A program made the translations under genes and the position numbers. Shown one piece after another: positions 46,266 to 55,260 of a DNA stretch of 64,000 nucleotides. The stretch spans positions 78 to 64,077 of the forward strand of contig CAIVJE010000114.1 of NCBI GenBank assembly GCA_903906135.1, written 5' to 3'. Position 1 is the stretch's first letter, and each line of letters begins with the position of its first letter. This DNA is from an uncultured Verrucomicrobiota bacterium. Its GTDB lineage: Bacteria; Verrucomicrobiota; Verrucomicrobiia; Opitutales; Opitutaceae. Under the pieces are notes generated by a model, which ran no database searches, was not told the DNA's origin, and saw nothing but the letters and a program-made list of their open reading frames with translations.

Positions 46266-46471
46266 CGATAGGCGGAAACTTCGCGGTGGACCGCGAGGCA
46301 TCCAGTGGAATGCTTGTTTACTAAGATACGGCCCCGTCCTTCAAAACGCTGTGCATGCCTTGTCCGAGGTGGCGCGGAACTTGAATATCCCGATTACTCC
46401 AAAAGGGGTAAGCCATGCGGTCGCGATGCCGCTAGTAACCTTACGCTAACAGACTGGGCCCCGGTACGACT

Positions 46472-47755
46472 TTAATCGGTTACCTTCAGCACCACGTAGC
46501 TTTTTTTGCCTTTACGCAGGAGGAGATATTTTCCGAATAGCAAATCACTCGCAGTGACGAGCTTCGTGTGGTCAGCCACCCGGATGTTATTTAAATAAAT
46601 GCCACCCGCTTCGAGATCCTTCCGGGCGGCGCCTTTGGAAGGGGCCAAGCCAGATAGGACAATCAGCTCAGTCATAGCTGCCCCCGGGCCGGCGAGCGTA
46701 TCTTTAGCCAACTCTTTCGTCGGCACTTCGCCGACGATATCTTGAAATAGAGCGGCGTTGATCCCCTCGAGCGATCCACCGAAAAGAATTTCCGTCGCCT
46801 TTAAGGCCGAGGCGACGGCCTCCTCGCCGTGCACAAGCGTGGTCATGGCTTGCGCGAGAGTTTTTTGGGCAACGCGCCCGCCGGGGTTGGCTTTAAGTTC
46901 ACTCTCGAGTGTAGCGATCTCAGCTTGCGAGAGAAAAGTCAGCGTCTTGAGCAGCTTGACTACATCAGCGTCATCCGTGTTGACGAAAAATTGGTAGAAA
47001 CGATAGGGACTGGTTTTTTGGGGATCCAGCCAGACCGTTCCAGTGGCGGTTTTCCCATATTTGGAGCCATCCGCTTTCGTCAGCAGAGGGAACACGAGGC
47101 CCCAGACGGTCGCGCCAAGTTTTTTGCGAGTTAGTTCCGTCCCAACGGTAATATTGCCCCACTGGTCCGTGGCGCCGACTTGCAGCTCACAGTTAAAAAC
47201 TTTTTTGAGATGTTGAAAATCAAAGCCCTGCAGCAGCATGTAGCTGAATTCGGTAAAGCTGATTCCGGTGCTCCGATCTTCCATGCGCGATCGGACAGAA
47301 TCCTTGGCGATCATGGAATTAACCGTGAGGTGCTTGCCGATGTCGCGAAGAAATTCGAGAAAAGTGACTTGGCCGGTCCAGTCATAATTATTGACGAGGC
47401 GGGCCGGGTTATGCGCGCCGGTGAAATCCAAAAAGCGTGCTAGCTGAGGTTTAATGCACGCGAGATTATGCTCAAGTTGGGCGGGGGTCTGCAGGTTGCG
47501 CTCATCTGATTTTCCCGAAGGATCGCCGACCATGCCGGTGGCACCACCGGCGAGGGCGATTGGATGGTGCCCGTGCAGTTGAAAACGACGCAACGCTAGG
47601 AGCGGGACGAGGTTGCCGACATGCAAGGAATCGGCGGTGGGATCAAAACCGCAATAGAGCGTGATGGGGCCTTCGGCTAGGCGCTTTGTGAGCGCCTCGC
47701 GGTCAGTGCAGTCGGCGTAGAGTCCTCGCCATTCTAGTTCGTCCAAAATCGTCAT
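46472..47755 (-). CDS. tyrS: tyrosine--tRNA ligase
   Basis: 427-aa ORF. It has GFDPTADSLHVGNLVPL (the HIGH region), KYGKT (the KMSKS region) and a C-terminal S4 domain. Confidence 0.95.
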   Translation of the reverse strand: MTILDELEWRGLYADCTDREALTKRLAEGPITLYCGFDPTADSLHVGNLVPLLALRRFQLHGHHPIALAGGATGMVGDPSGKSDERNLQTPAQLEHNLACIKPQLARFLDFTGAHNPARLVNNYDWTGQVTFLEFLRDIGKHLTVNSMIAKDSVRSRMEDRSTGISFTEFSYMLLQGFDFQHLKKVFNCELQVGATDQWGNITVGTELTRKKLGATVWGLVFPLLTKADGSKYGKTATGTVWLDPQKTSPYRFYQFFVNTDDADVVKLLKTLTFLSQAEIATLESELKANPGGRVAQKTLAQAMTTLVHGEEAVASALKATEILFGGSLEGINAALFQDIVGEVPTKELAKDTLAGPGAAMTELIVLSGLAPSKGAARKDLEAGGIYLNNIRVADHTKLVTASDLLFGKYLLLRKGKKSYVVLKVTD

Positions 47756-47992
47756 GGAATGATCGCTGTTATCAGCGGCGGTGATCGGAGTGGCAAGGGG
47801 GATTTCTGGACGTCGCTGGGTCGCAAGACCGCGCGGTTATACTAGTAGAACTTATACGCGACCTGCTTGTTTTATTAACTACCTTCATAACTACCTAAAA
47901 TGGGTTGCCGGCCAGAGGCGGGTGGTAATAGTATTTTTCTTCCACGCGACGGGTCGCCGTCGTTCAACCATAATTCACTAATCCGCTTCTCT

Positions 47993-48466
47993 ATGCCTAT
48001 TGCTATCGGTTCCAAAGCCCCAGATTTCACCCTTAAGTCCAAAGCCGCAGATGGTCTAAAAGACGTCACTCTCAGCGCTAATTTTGGCCAGAAGCAGACC
48101 GTTCTCCTTTTCTTCCCCTTGGCCTTCACGGGGGTCTGCACCCAAGAAATGTGCGATATCACCAGCGGCTTATCGGCCTATGCCAGTCTCGGGGCCGACG
48201 TGATTGCGATCAGTGTAGACAGTCCCTTTGCTCAAGAAGCCTGGGCGAAAGCTAATAAAATTACGGTCACGATCGTCAGCGACCTCAATAAAACAGTTAC
48301 GAAGGCTTATGATGTGGTCTTCCCGATGCTCGCTGGCGTGGGTGATACTTCCGCGCGCGCGGCCTTCGTTATCGGCAAGGATGGGGTGATCAAATATGCG
48401 GAGCAGACCGCGACGCCGAAGGATTTGCCAAATTTTGCTGCCGTTAAAGCCGCCCTGGCCCAGTAA
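47993..48466 (+). CDS. peroxiredoxin (AhpC/TSA-redoxin family)
   Basis: MPIAIGSKAPDFTLKS... is followed by the peroxidatic Cys motif FFPLAFTGVCTQE. The ORF-track start at 47900 adds 31 residues with no homology. Confidence 0.88.
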   Translation: MPIAIGSKAPDFTLKSKAADGLKDVTLSANFGQKQTVLLFFPLAFTGVCTQEMCDITSGLSAYASLGADVIAISVDSPFAQEAWAKANKITVTIVSDLNKTVTKAYDVVFPMLAGVGDTSARAAFVIGKDGVIKYAEQTATPKDLPNFAAVKAALAQ

Positions 48467-48563
48467 TTTTCAGGGTCGAGCCTGCTGGTTTGCGCTGATT
48501 GATTCTAGCTAGCCAGCAGCTCGTCCCTTATCCGTTTCCGTCATCCGCCTAGTGTAATTTTCC

Positions 48564-51242
48564 ATGAGCAATCAGCCTAATCCGTTTAATACCTTACAAA
48601 CTTTTGCCAACGGCAAGCGCTTCTACTCGTTGCCGGCACTTGAGAAAGCGGGTTTCCCGATTGCTCGTTTACCGGTGAGCATTCGCCTAGTCCTTGAGGC
48701 GGTGTTGCGGAACTGCGACGGGCAGCGCGTTTTGGAGTCAAACATCCGCGAACTCGCGGCGTGGAAACCCACGGAGCCTCGGACTGCCGAGATTCCCTTC
48801 GTGGTCGCGCGGATTGTGCTTCAGGACTTTACCGGAGTCCCCTTGCTCGTTGATTTGGCTGCGATGCGCTCGGCGGTCGCTAAGCTGGGAAAAAATCCTA
48901 AAATCATTGAACCGCTCGTGCCGGTTGACCTCGTCGTTGACCACTCGGTGCAAGTCGATTTCTCGGGTAGTGCCACGGCCCTCGCCCAGAATCTTGATTT
49001 GGAATTTACCCGCAATCGTGAGCGCTATCAGTTTTTGAAATGGGGCATGCAGGCCTTCGAAACTTTCAAGGTGGTGCCGCCCGGTATCGGGATCGTGCAT
49101 CAAGTGAATCTTGAATATCTCGCGCAAGGCGTGCTCAGCCAAGGTGACGTCTACTATCCTGATACGCTCGTCGGTACCGATTCGCATACGACCATGATTA
49201 ATGGCCTTGGCATCGTGGGTTGGGGCGTTGGCGGAATTGAAGCGGAAGCCGGCATGCTCGGTCAGCCCGTTTATTTTCTTACGCCCGATGTTGTGGGCGT
49301 CTATCTGACGGGCACACTCAAGGAAGGGGTGACCGCAACTGATCTCGCGTTGACCGTTACGCAGGTGATGCGCAAGGCCAAGGTCGTCGGCAAGTTCGTC
49401 GAATTTTATGGCCCAGGCGCCGCGGCGCTACCAGTGGTCGATCGCGCGATGATTGCCAATATGGCGCCAGAATACGGCGCCACGATGGGCTTTTTCCCCA
49501 TTGATGAAGAGTGCAGCAATTTCCTGCGGGCGACGGGACGAACGGAGGCCCAGATAGCCACCTATGAAGCCTATTATAAGGCGCAGGGCCTTTGGGGTAT
49601 TCCCGCGCGGGGAGCCATTGATTACTCGCAGGTCATCGAGCTCGACCTCAGCGCCGTGGTGCCGAGTGTCGCTGGTCCAAAGCGGCCGCAAGATCGCATT
49701 GAGTTAAAAAACCTTAAGCAGGAATTTATCAGCTCCTTCTCTAAGCCCGTCACCGAAGCTGGCTTTGGCAAAAAAGCCGAAGATTTCGCGACGGTCAGCG
49801 CTCAAGTGAACGGTCAGAAGGTTGGCCATGGTTCGGTCCTAATCGCGGCCATCACGAGCTGCACTAATACGTCCAACCCGAGCGTGATGCTCGCGGCTGG
49901 TTTACTGGCGAAAAAGGCGGTCGCCAAGGGCCTCAAGGTAAATCCGGCCGTAAAGTCTTCACTGGCGCCTGGCTCACGGGTGGTTACCGATTACCTTAAC
50001 AAGACGGGCCTGACCCCTTATCTCGACCAACTCGGCTTCCAGACGGTCGGCTACGGTTGCACCACTTGCATCGGCAATTCTGGACCTCTCGCTGCCCCCA
50101 TTGAGGAGGCGGTGGTTAAGCACGACCTCGTGGCGGCTTCTGTGCTTTCCGGTAATCGTAATTTTGAGGCCCGCGTGCATCAAAATATTAAGGCTAATTT
50201 CTTGATGTCGCCGCCCCTCGTCGTGGCTTTCGCTCTCGCCGGGCGAGTTGATATCGACATGGCCCTTGAGCCGATTGGGCAAGATCAGGCCGGGGCGAAT
50301 GTTTATCTTAAAGATTTATGGCCGACGCTGCAGGAGGTGCGCGACCAGATGGCGGCGGCGCTCAAACCAGAAGTCTTCCGTCGACTCTACACTGATTTTG
50401 CGGCGCAAAATCCAAAATGGAATGAAATCCCCGCGACCGCGGGCAATGTCTACGCTTTTGATGCTGCTTCCACTTATATTCAGGAGCCGCCGTTTTTCAC
50501 TCATTTTGCGATGCAACCGGGGCGGATCGCCGAAATTAAAGGCGCCCGCGCTCTCGGTATTTTTGGTGATAGCGTAACGACCGATCATATTTCACCAGCG
50601 GGCGCGATTAAGAAGAATTCGCCGGCGGGCCAATATTTGTTGGCGAACGGCGTCACCTTCGAGAATTTCAATAGCTACGGCTCACGCCGCGGCAATGATC
50701 GCGTGATGACGCGGGGGACGTTTGCTAACGTCCGCATTAAAAATTTGATGTTAGGTGGTGAAGAGGGGGGCAATACCATTGGGCCGGATGGCGCCAAAAC
50801 CTCCATCTACGATGCCTCGATGGCTTACCAGCAAGCGGGCACACCTCTCATCATCCTCGCGGGACAAGAATACGGCACCGGTTCGTCGCGGGATTGGGCG
50901 GCCAAGGGCACCAACTTGCTCGGGGTGAAAGTCGTCGTGGCGCAAAGCTTTGAGCGGATTCATCGTTCGAACTTAGTCGGCATGGGGGTCTTACCTCTGC
51001 AATTCAAGGAGGGCACCACGGCGCAAACCCTCAAGCTTGATGGCACTGAAAGTTACGATGTCGTGGGTCTGACCGCGGCGATCAAACCGCAGCAAGATCT
51101 GAATCTTAAAATTATTCGGCGAGATGGTACGGTGGAAAATGTTGCCGTGCGGTGTCGCATCGATACGCCAATCGAAATTGAATATTATCAACACGGTGGA
51201 ATTTTACCGTATGTGCTGCGACAGATTGTAGCGAAAAATTAA
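48564..51242 (+). CDS. acnA: aconitate hydratase A
   Basis: 892-aa ORF. It has [37 protein letters not shown] and DHISPAG motifs. Confidence 0.96.
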   Translation: MSNQPNPFNTLQTFANGKRFYSLPALEKAGFPIARLPVSIRLVLEAVLRNCDGQRVLESNIRELAAWKPTEPRTAEIPFVVARIVLQDFTGVPLLVDLAAMRSAVAKLGKNPKIIEPLVPVDLVVDHSVQVDFSGSATALAQNLDLEFTRNRERYQFLKWGMQAFETFKVVPPGIGIVHQVNLEYLAQGVLSQGDVYYPDTLVGTDSHTTMINGLGIVGWGVGGIEAEAGMLGQPVYFLTPDVVGVYLTGTLKEGVTATDLALTVTQVMRKAKVVGKFVEFYGPGAAALPVVDRAMIANMAPEYGATMGFFPIDEECSNFLRATGRTEAQIATYEAYYKAQGLWGIPARGAIDYSQVIELDLSAVVPSVAGPKRPQDRIELKNLKQEFISSFSKPVTEAGFGKKAEDFATVSAQVNGQKVGHGSVLIAAITSCTNTSNPSVMLAAGLLAKKAVAKGLKVNPAVKSSLAPGSRVVTDYLNKTGLTPYLDQLGFQTVGYGCTTCIGNSGPLAAPIEEAVVKHDLVAASVLSGNRNFEARVHQNIKANFLMSPPLVVAFALAGRVDIDMALEPIGQDQAGANVYLKDLWPTLQEVRDQMAAALKPEVFRRLYTDFAAQNPKWNEIPATAGNVYAFDAASTYIQEPPFFTHFAMQPGRIAEIKGARALGIFGDSVTTDHISPAGAIKKNSPAGQYLLANGVTFENFNSYGSRRGNDRVMTRGTFANVRIKNLMLGGEEGGNTIGPDGAKTSIYDASMAYQQAGTPLIILAGQEYGTGSSRDWAAKGTNLLGVKVVVAQSFERIHRSNLVGMGVLPLQFKEGTTAQTLKLDGTESYDVVGLTAAIKPQQDLNLKIIRRDGTVENVAVRCRIDTPIEIEYYQHGGILPYVLRQIVAKN

Positions 51243-51367
51243 ATAGGGTCGGGTGGCCGGATTATTCCCGCGTCCACCGCTGTTGCTACCGGCAACGCCT
51301 CGGCTCGCTCTAGTCCTGTGCAAATGCCGTTTGCGTTCACCTTTTTAGTCACCAAACTTTAGCCCAC

Positions 51368-52624
51368 ATGTCTTCGTCTAGCCCAACGACCCCGCCGACC
51401 CCACTTGGTGCTTTACCTCCACCGGTGGGCCCCGCGCGTTTGCCTGATGCAGCTGGACACTTCGGTCCTTACGGCGGCGTCTTTGTTCCTGAAACTCTCA
51501 TGACGGCGCTGGCTGAACTTACGGCAGTTTATGAGCAGGCGCGGGAAGATCCAGTTTTTCAGAATGAGTTGGCTCATCACCTTAAAGAATTTGCGGGACG
51601 TCCCACGGAGCTTTATCTAGCGGAGCGGCTGACGCAGCATTGTGGCGGCGCAAAAATATATTTTAAGCGAGAGGATCTCCTGCACACCGGAGCGCATAAA
51701 ATTAATAATGCGCTCGGCCAGGCTTTGCTCGCCAAGCGGATGGGTAAAAAAAGAATCATTGCCGAGACCGGGGCAGGCCAGCACGGCGTAGCGACCGCGG
51801 CGGTATGCGCAAAATTCGGCTTAGAATGCACGGTTTACATGGGCTCGGTCGACATGGAGCGCCAAGCCTTGAATGTTTTTCGAATGCGCTTGATGGGCGC
51901 TCAGGTCGTCGCCGTAGAAGCGGGCCAGAAAACGCTTAAAGACGCCGTTAATGAGGCGATGCGCGATTGGGTCACCAATGTTCGCGATACTCACTACATT
52001 CTGGGCTCCGCTCTCGGATCGCACCCGTATCCGATGATGGTGCGGGATTTTCACCGCGTGATTGGTCGCGAATTGCGGGCGCAACTTCTCGCACGCGAAG
52101 GGCGTCTCCCCGATGAATTAGTGGCCTGTGTTGGCGGGGGTAGTAATGCGATTGGCTGTTTTTTTGATTTTCTTGAAGATAAAGCAGTCAAATTAACCGG
52201 CGTCGAAGCCGGCGGCCGCGGCATTGTTCGCGGCGAACACGCCGCCCGATTTGAAGGGGGTAGGCTCGGCGTATTGCAGGGCAGCAAGACTTACATTTTA
52301 CAAAACCCTGACGGCCAGATCGAGTTGACGCACTCAGTTAGCGCTGGGCTGGACTATGCAGCCATCGGGCCTGAGCACGCTTATTATCGTGACCAAGGCC
52401 GGATTGGTTACGCTTACGCCACCGATGATGAGGTTATGGCTGCTTTTCAGCTTTGCTCGCGCTTGGAGGGGATTATTCCCGCACTCGAGTCCACCCACGC
52501 TTTAGTTTATGGTCTAAAGCGCGCCAAGGAGATGAAGCCGGACCAAATTTTAGTGATTAATCTCAGCGGGCGCGGCGATAAAGATGTCCAGCAAGTTGCC
52601 GCGCTCCTCGCAGCGACCAAATAG
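51368..52624 (+). CDS. trpB: tryptophan synthase beta chain
   Basis: 418-aa ORF with [24 protein letters not shown] (the PLP lysine) and GGGSNAIG. No trpA lies adjacent. Confidence 0.95.
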   Translation: MSSSSPTTPPTPLGALPPPVGPARLPDAAGHFGPYGGVFVPETLMTALAELTAVYEQAREDPVFQNELAHHLKEFAGRPTELYLAERLTQHCGGAKIYFKREDLLHTGAHKINNALGQALLAKRMGKKRIIAETGAGQHGVATAAVCAKFGLECTVYMGSVDMERQALNVFRMRLMGAQVVAVEAGQKTLKDAVNEAMRDWVTNVRDTHYILGSALGSHPYPMMVRDFHRVIGRELRAQLLAREGRLPDELVACVGGGSNAIGCFFDFLEDKAVKLTGVEAGGRGIVRGEHAARFEGGRLGVLQGSKTYILQNPDGQIELTHSVSAGLDYAAIGPEHAYYRDQGRIGYAYATDDEVMAAFQLCSRLEGIIPALESTHALVYGLKRAKEMKPDQILVINLSGRGDKDVQQVAALLAATK

Positions 52625-52779
52625 TTAGGCTAAAATTTTTAGGCCTGACTGATCCGGCTCGTGTTCTCTGCCGTGGGCTTTTGATCGCGTGGCTCCCTTG
52701 GAAAGTCTGCGAACCTTGATTTAGTGTAAGAGGTGGCCTGGTCTTGCCTCTGGGCCGCTGTTGGCCGTTACTCTTGATC

Positions 52780-53649
52780 ATGAATTCCATGACTGGCTAT
52801 GGGCGGGCGACCGCTTCTCTGGGTAACCTCACCTTGACCGTGCAGATTAACTCGGTGAATCGCCGTGGGCTCGATTTGACGCTGAAGCTACCTGATGAAT
52901 GGCAAGCTTTTGAGTCCAGCGTGGGTGAAGCGGTTCGCAAAGTAGCCCTCCGCGGTAAGGTGCATGTCGAGGTCGAGGTAACGGGAAAATCTACAGCTAC
53001 GGCGGATTGGGACCAGGCGGCGGTCGCTACCACGCTGGAGCAGCTCGCGCTCCTGGCTCAGGCGCGGGGGATTAAATTTTCTCCCACGAGTGAATTGCTA
53101 TGGCAGATTGCCAACGCTCAACGCACGAGCGCTAAGCTTCCAGCAGATGAAGCTACTGCCAAGCTCCTCGAAAAGACGCTGGGCGAGGCGTTGCGTGGCT
53201 TTGCGGCGATGCGCGCCCGCGAGGGCGAAGCGCTCTTTGTTGATTTTATTGGGCGTTTTGAGAAATTGCAGTCGGCCGTTGCGGCGATTGCGCAACGGGC
53301 GCCGCTCGTACCGGTAGCTTATCGCGATCTTTTGTTACAGCGATTGCGTCAGCTTGAGCTGACGCTCGACATTACCGATGAGCGCGTACTCAAGGAGGTC
53401 GCTTTATTTGCTGATCGGTGCGATGTGACGGAAGAAATCACCCGTCTGCGCAGTCATTTCACGCAGTTCATCGAATTGCTCCGCGCGGTGGGTGAAGTGG
53501 GCCGAAAAGCTGAATTCATTCTGCAGGAAATTGGTCGAGAAATTCACACGATCGGCAGTAAGGCTAATGACCTAGCGGTTTCGCGCCAGGTGATTGAGTT
53601 TAAAAATGAACTTGAGCGCGTCCGTGAGCAAATGGCTAACGTCGAGTAA
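52780..53649 (+). CDS. yicC: YicC-family stress-induced protein
   Basis: It has the MNSMTGYGRA N-terminus and a C-terminal DUF1732-like EFILQEIGREIHTIGSKAND. ATG 52780 is preferred over the track start at 52744. Confidence 0.88.
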   Translation: MNSMTGYGRATASLGNLTLTVQINSVNRRGLDLTLKLPDEWQAFESSVGEAVRKVALRGKVHVEVEVTGKSTATADWDQAAVATTLEQLALLAQARGIKFSPTSELLWQIANAQRTSAKLPADEATAKLLEKTLGEALRGFAAMRAREGEALFVDFIGRFEKLQSAVAAIAQRAPLVPVAYRDLLLQRLRQLELTLDITDERVLKEVALFADRCDVTEEITRLRSHFTQFIELLRAVGEVGRKAEFILQEIGREIHTIGSKANDLAVSRQVIEFKNELERVREQMANVE

Positions 53650-53695
53650 GCGCCGCTGATTTACGGCTCATTCCTTCGGTCAGCCGCGGGACTGC

Positions 53696-54241
53696 TTACT
53701 CGGCTCGGCCGAGAGCTGGCTGGCGAATCGACCAGAGAATATACCAGAAAACTCCCACGCAGATCGCGGAGTCGGCTACGTTGAATGTCGGATAGATATA
53801 CGTTCCAAAGTGGAGATCGATGAAATCGATAACGTGTTGATAAACGAGCCGGTCGATAAGATTCCCGCAAATCCCACCGCAAAGAAGGCCGAACGTTAAT
53901 TGGCCCGTGGGCTCTCTTAACCCGAGGGCCTGGCGCCAGATGAAAATAGCGATCAGCGTAGCGGCTGCCAATAACGCCAGAAACGTACTTTGGCCCGCGA
54001 ACATACTCCAAGCTGCCCCCGTATTGCCGACGTGAACTAAATTAAAGAAGCCGGGGAAGATGGGGATTCCGGCAGATCCGTAACTGCCCAAGGGAAGCCG
54101 CGCGTTGATCCAATATTTTGTTAATTGGTCGAGGGCTAAGATGAGTCCGCCCAACAGCCAAAATCTGCGATAACCGATTCCACGCAGCAAGAGCGAGGCG
54201 GGTTCCTCGCGGTTATCATCCTGGCTAGGCTGTGCCGACAT
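53696..54241 (-). CDS. lspA: lipoprotein signal peptidase II
   Basis: 181-aa ORF with four TM helices and the motifs LDQLTKYW, NTGAAWS and FNVADSAI. Confidence 0.92.
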   Translation of the reverse strand: MSAQPSQDDNREEPASLLLRGIGYRRFWLLGGLILALDQLTKYWINARLPLGSYGSAGIPIFPGFFNLVHVGNTGAAWSMFAGQSTFLALLAAATLIAIFIWRQALGLREPTGQLTFGLLCGGICGNLIDRLVYQHVIDFIDLHFGTYIYPTFNVADSAICVGVFWYILWSIRQPALGRAE

Positions 54242-54267
54242 TGCGTGAAATTCTAGCGACGGGCTGC

Positions 54268-55248
54268 TTACTCGCCGTCGTCATCGCCGCGCGGCATCTT
54301 GCCGCCTTCTTCTTCAGTGCCGTCACCAAATAAACCGCCGCGTTCAACGGAGCGGTGGGAGTGGCGTTCGACCTGTTTCTTGGCTTCGGCTGAGTAGCGG
54401 GTGAAGGGGACCGCGAGCAGACGATCCTTTGCAATCGGCTTCAAAGTGGTTTCACAAATGCCGTAGGTGCCCGCGTGCACTCGCTTGATGGCCGCCTCAA
54501 TTTCAGCGAGGGCCTCTTGTTCGTTGGAGACCAAGCTGAGCGCGAAGTCGCGATCGAAGGTATCGGTTCCGGCATCCGCCATATGTTGGCCGTAACCTGA
54601 CAAATCGCCTGAATCATCTTTGGAGGATTTGAGTAGAGTTTCCTCGGTGTGTTCACCGAGTTGAACGAGCACATGAAGCCGCAGGGCTAAAAGTAGGCGA
54701 TAGTAGCGCCGGTACTTTTCTGGCACATCTTTCTCGTCGATCATTGCCGCGCGAGGCTTACCTTTTTTGGGATTGAAGCCTAAAATATCAGCGAGCGACG
54801 CTGCCTTTACATGGTTTGGTTTGTGCGGTTTCGCGGGATGATTTAAGGCTCCCGTGTTCGCCGTCTGCTTGATCGTTTCGCTCGTTTTGGTGCTCTTGCC
54901 TGCCTTGGCCGTGCTCTCAATTTGGCTCTCATTCTTTTTCGCAATTTCGCGAACCTCATCGAGGCTGAACGCGATGGCCTTCGGTGCGATCTTCCGCTCC
55001 AAGATCATGCGCTTTAATTCTGTGGCGTTCGCGTTTGGCTTATTCCCCTTAACGCTGGGTAGCTCTTTTTTACCTGGGCCGGTCGCAGGCTTGGCCGCGG
55101 TTTTAGTCGGCAATGCTTTAGTCAGCGTCGCTTTAGTCGGCTTTGCTTTTGCAACGGGTTTAGCCGAGCTCGGGGAGGCTTTCTTTGCCGGCGGCTGCTT
55201 CGCTTTTTGGGCTGGTTTTTTAATCGGGAGCTTTTTCTTTGTGGCCAT
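54268..55248 (-). CDS. DksA/TraR-family protein with a Lys/Ala/Pro-rich N-terminal tail and a degenerate zinc finger
   Basis: The C-terminal region ADAGTDTFDRDFALSL...HAGTYGICETTLKPIAKDRLLAVPFTRYSAEAK aligns with the DksA coiled-coil tip and finger region. The N-terminal 75 aa or so are KKPAQKAKQPPAKK-type repeats. It is located between ileS and lspA. Confidence 0.75.
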   Translation of the reverse strand: MATKKKLPIKKPAQKAKQPPAKKASPSSAKPVAKAKPTKATLTKALPTKTAAKPATGPGKKELPSVKGNKPNANATELKRMILERKIAPKAIAFSLDEVREIAKKNESQIESTAKAGKSTKTSETIKQTANTGALNHPAKPHKPNHVKAASLADILGFNPKKGKPRAAMIDEKDVPEKYRRYYRLLLALRLHVLVQLGEHTEETLLKSSKDDSGDLSGYGQHMADAGTDTFDRDFALSLVSNEQEALAEIEAAIKRVHAGTYGICETTLKPIAKDRLLAVPFTRYSAEAKKQVERHSHRSVERGGLFGDGTEEEGGKMPRGDDDGE

Positions 55249-55260
55249 AAAAATAATAAG

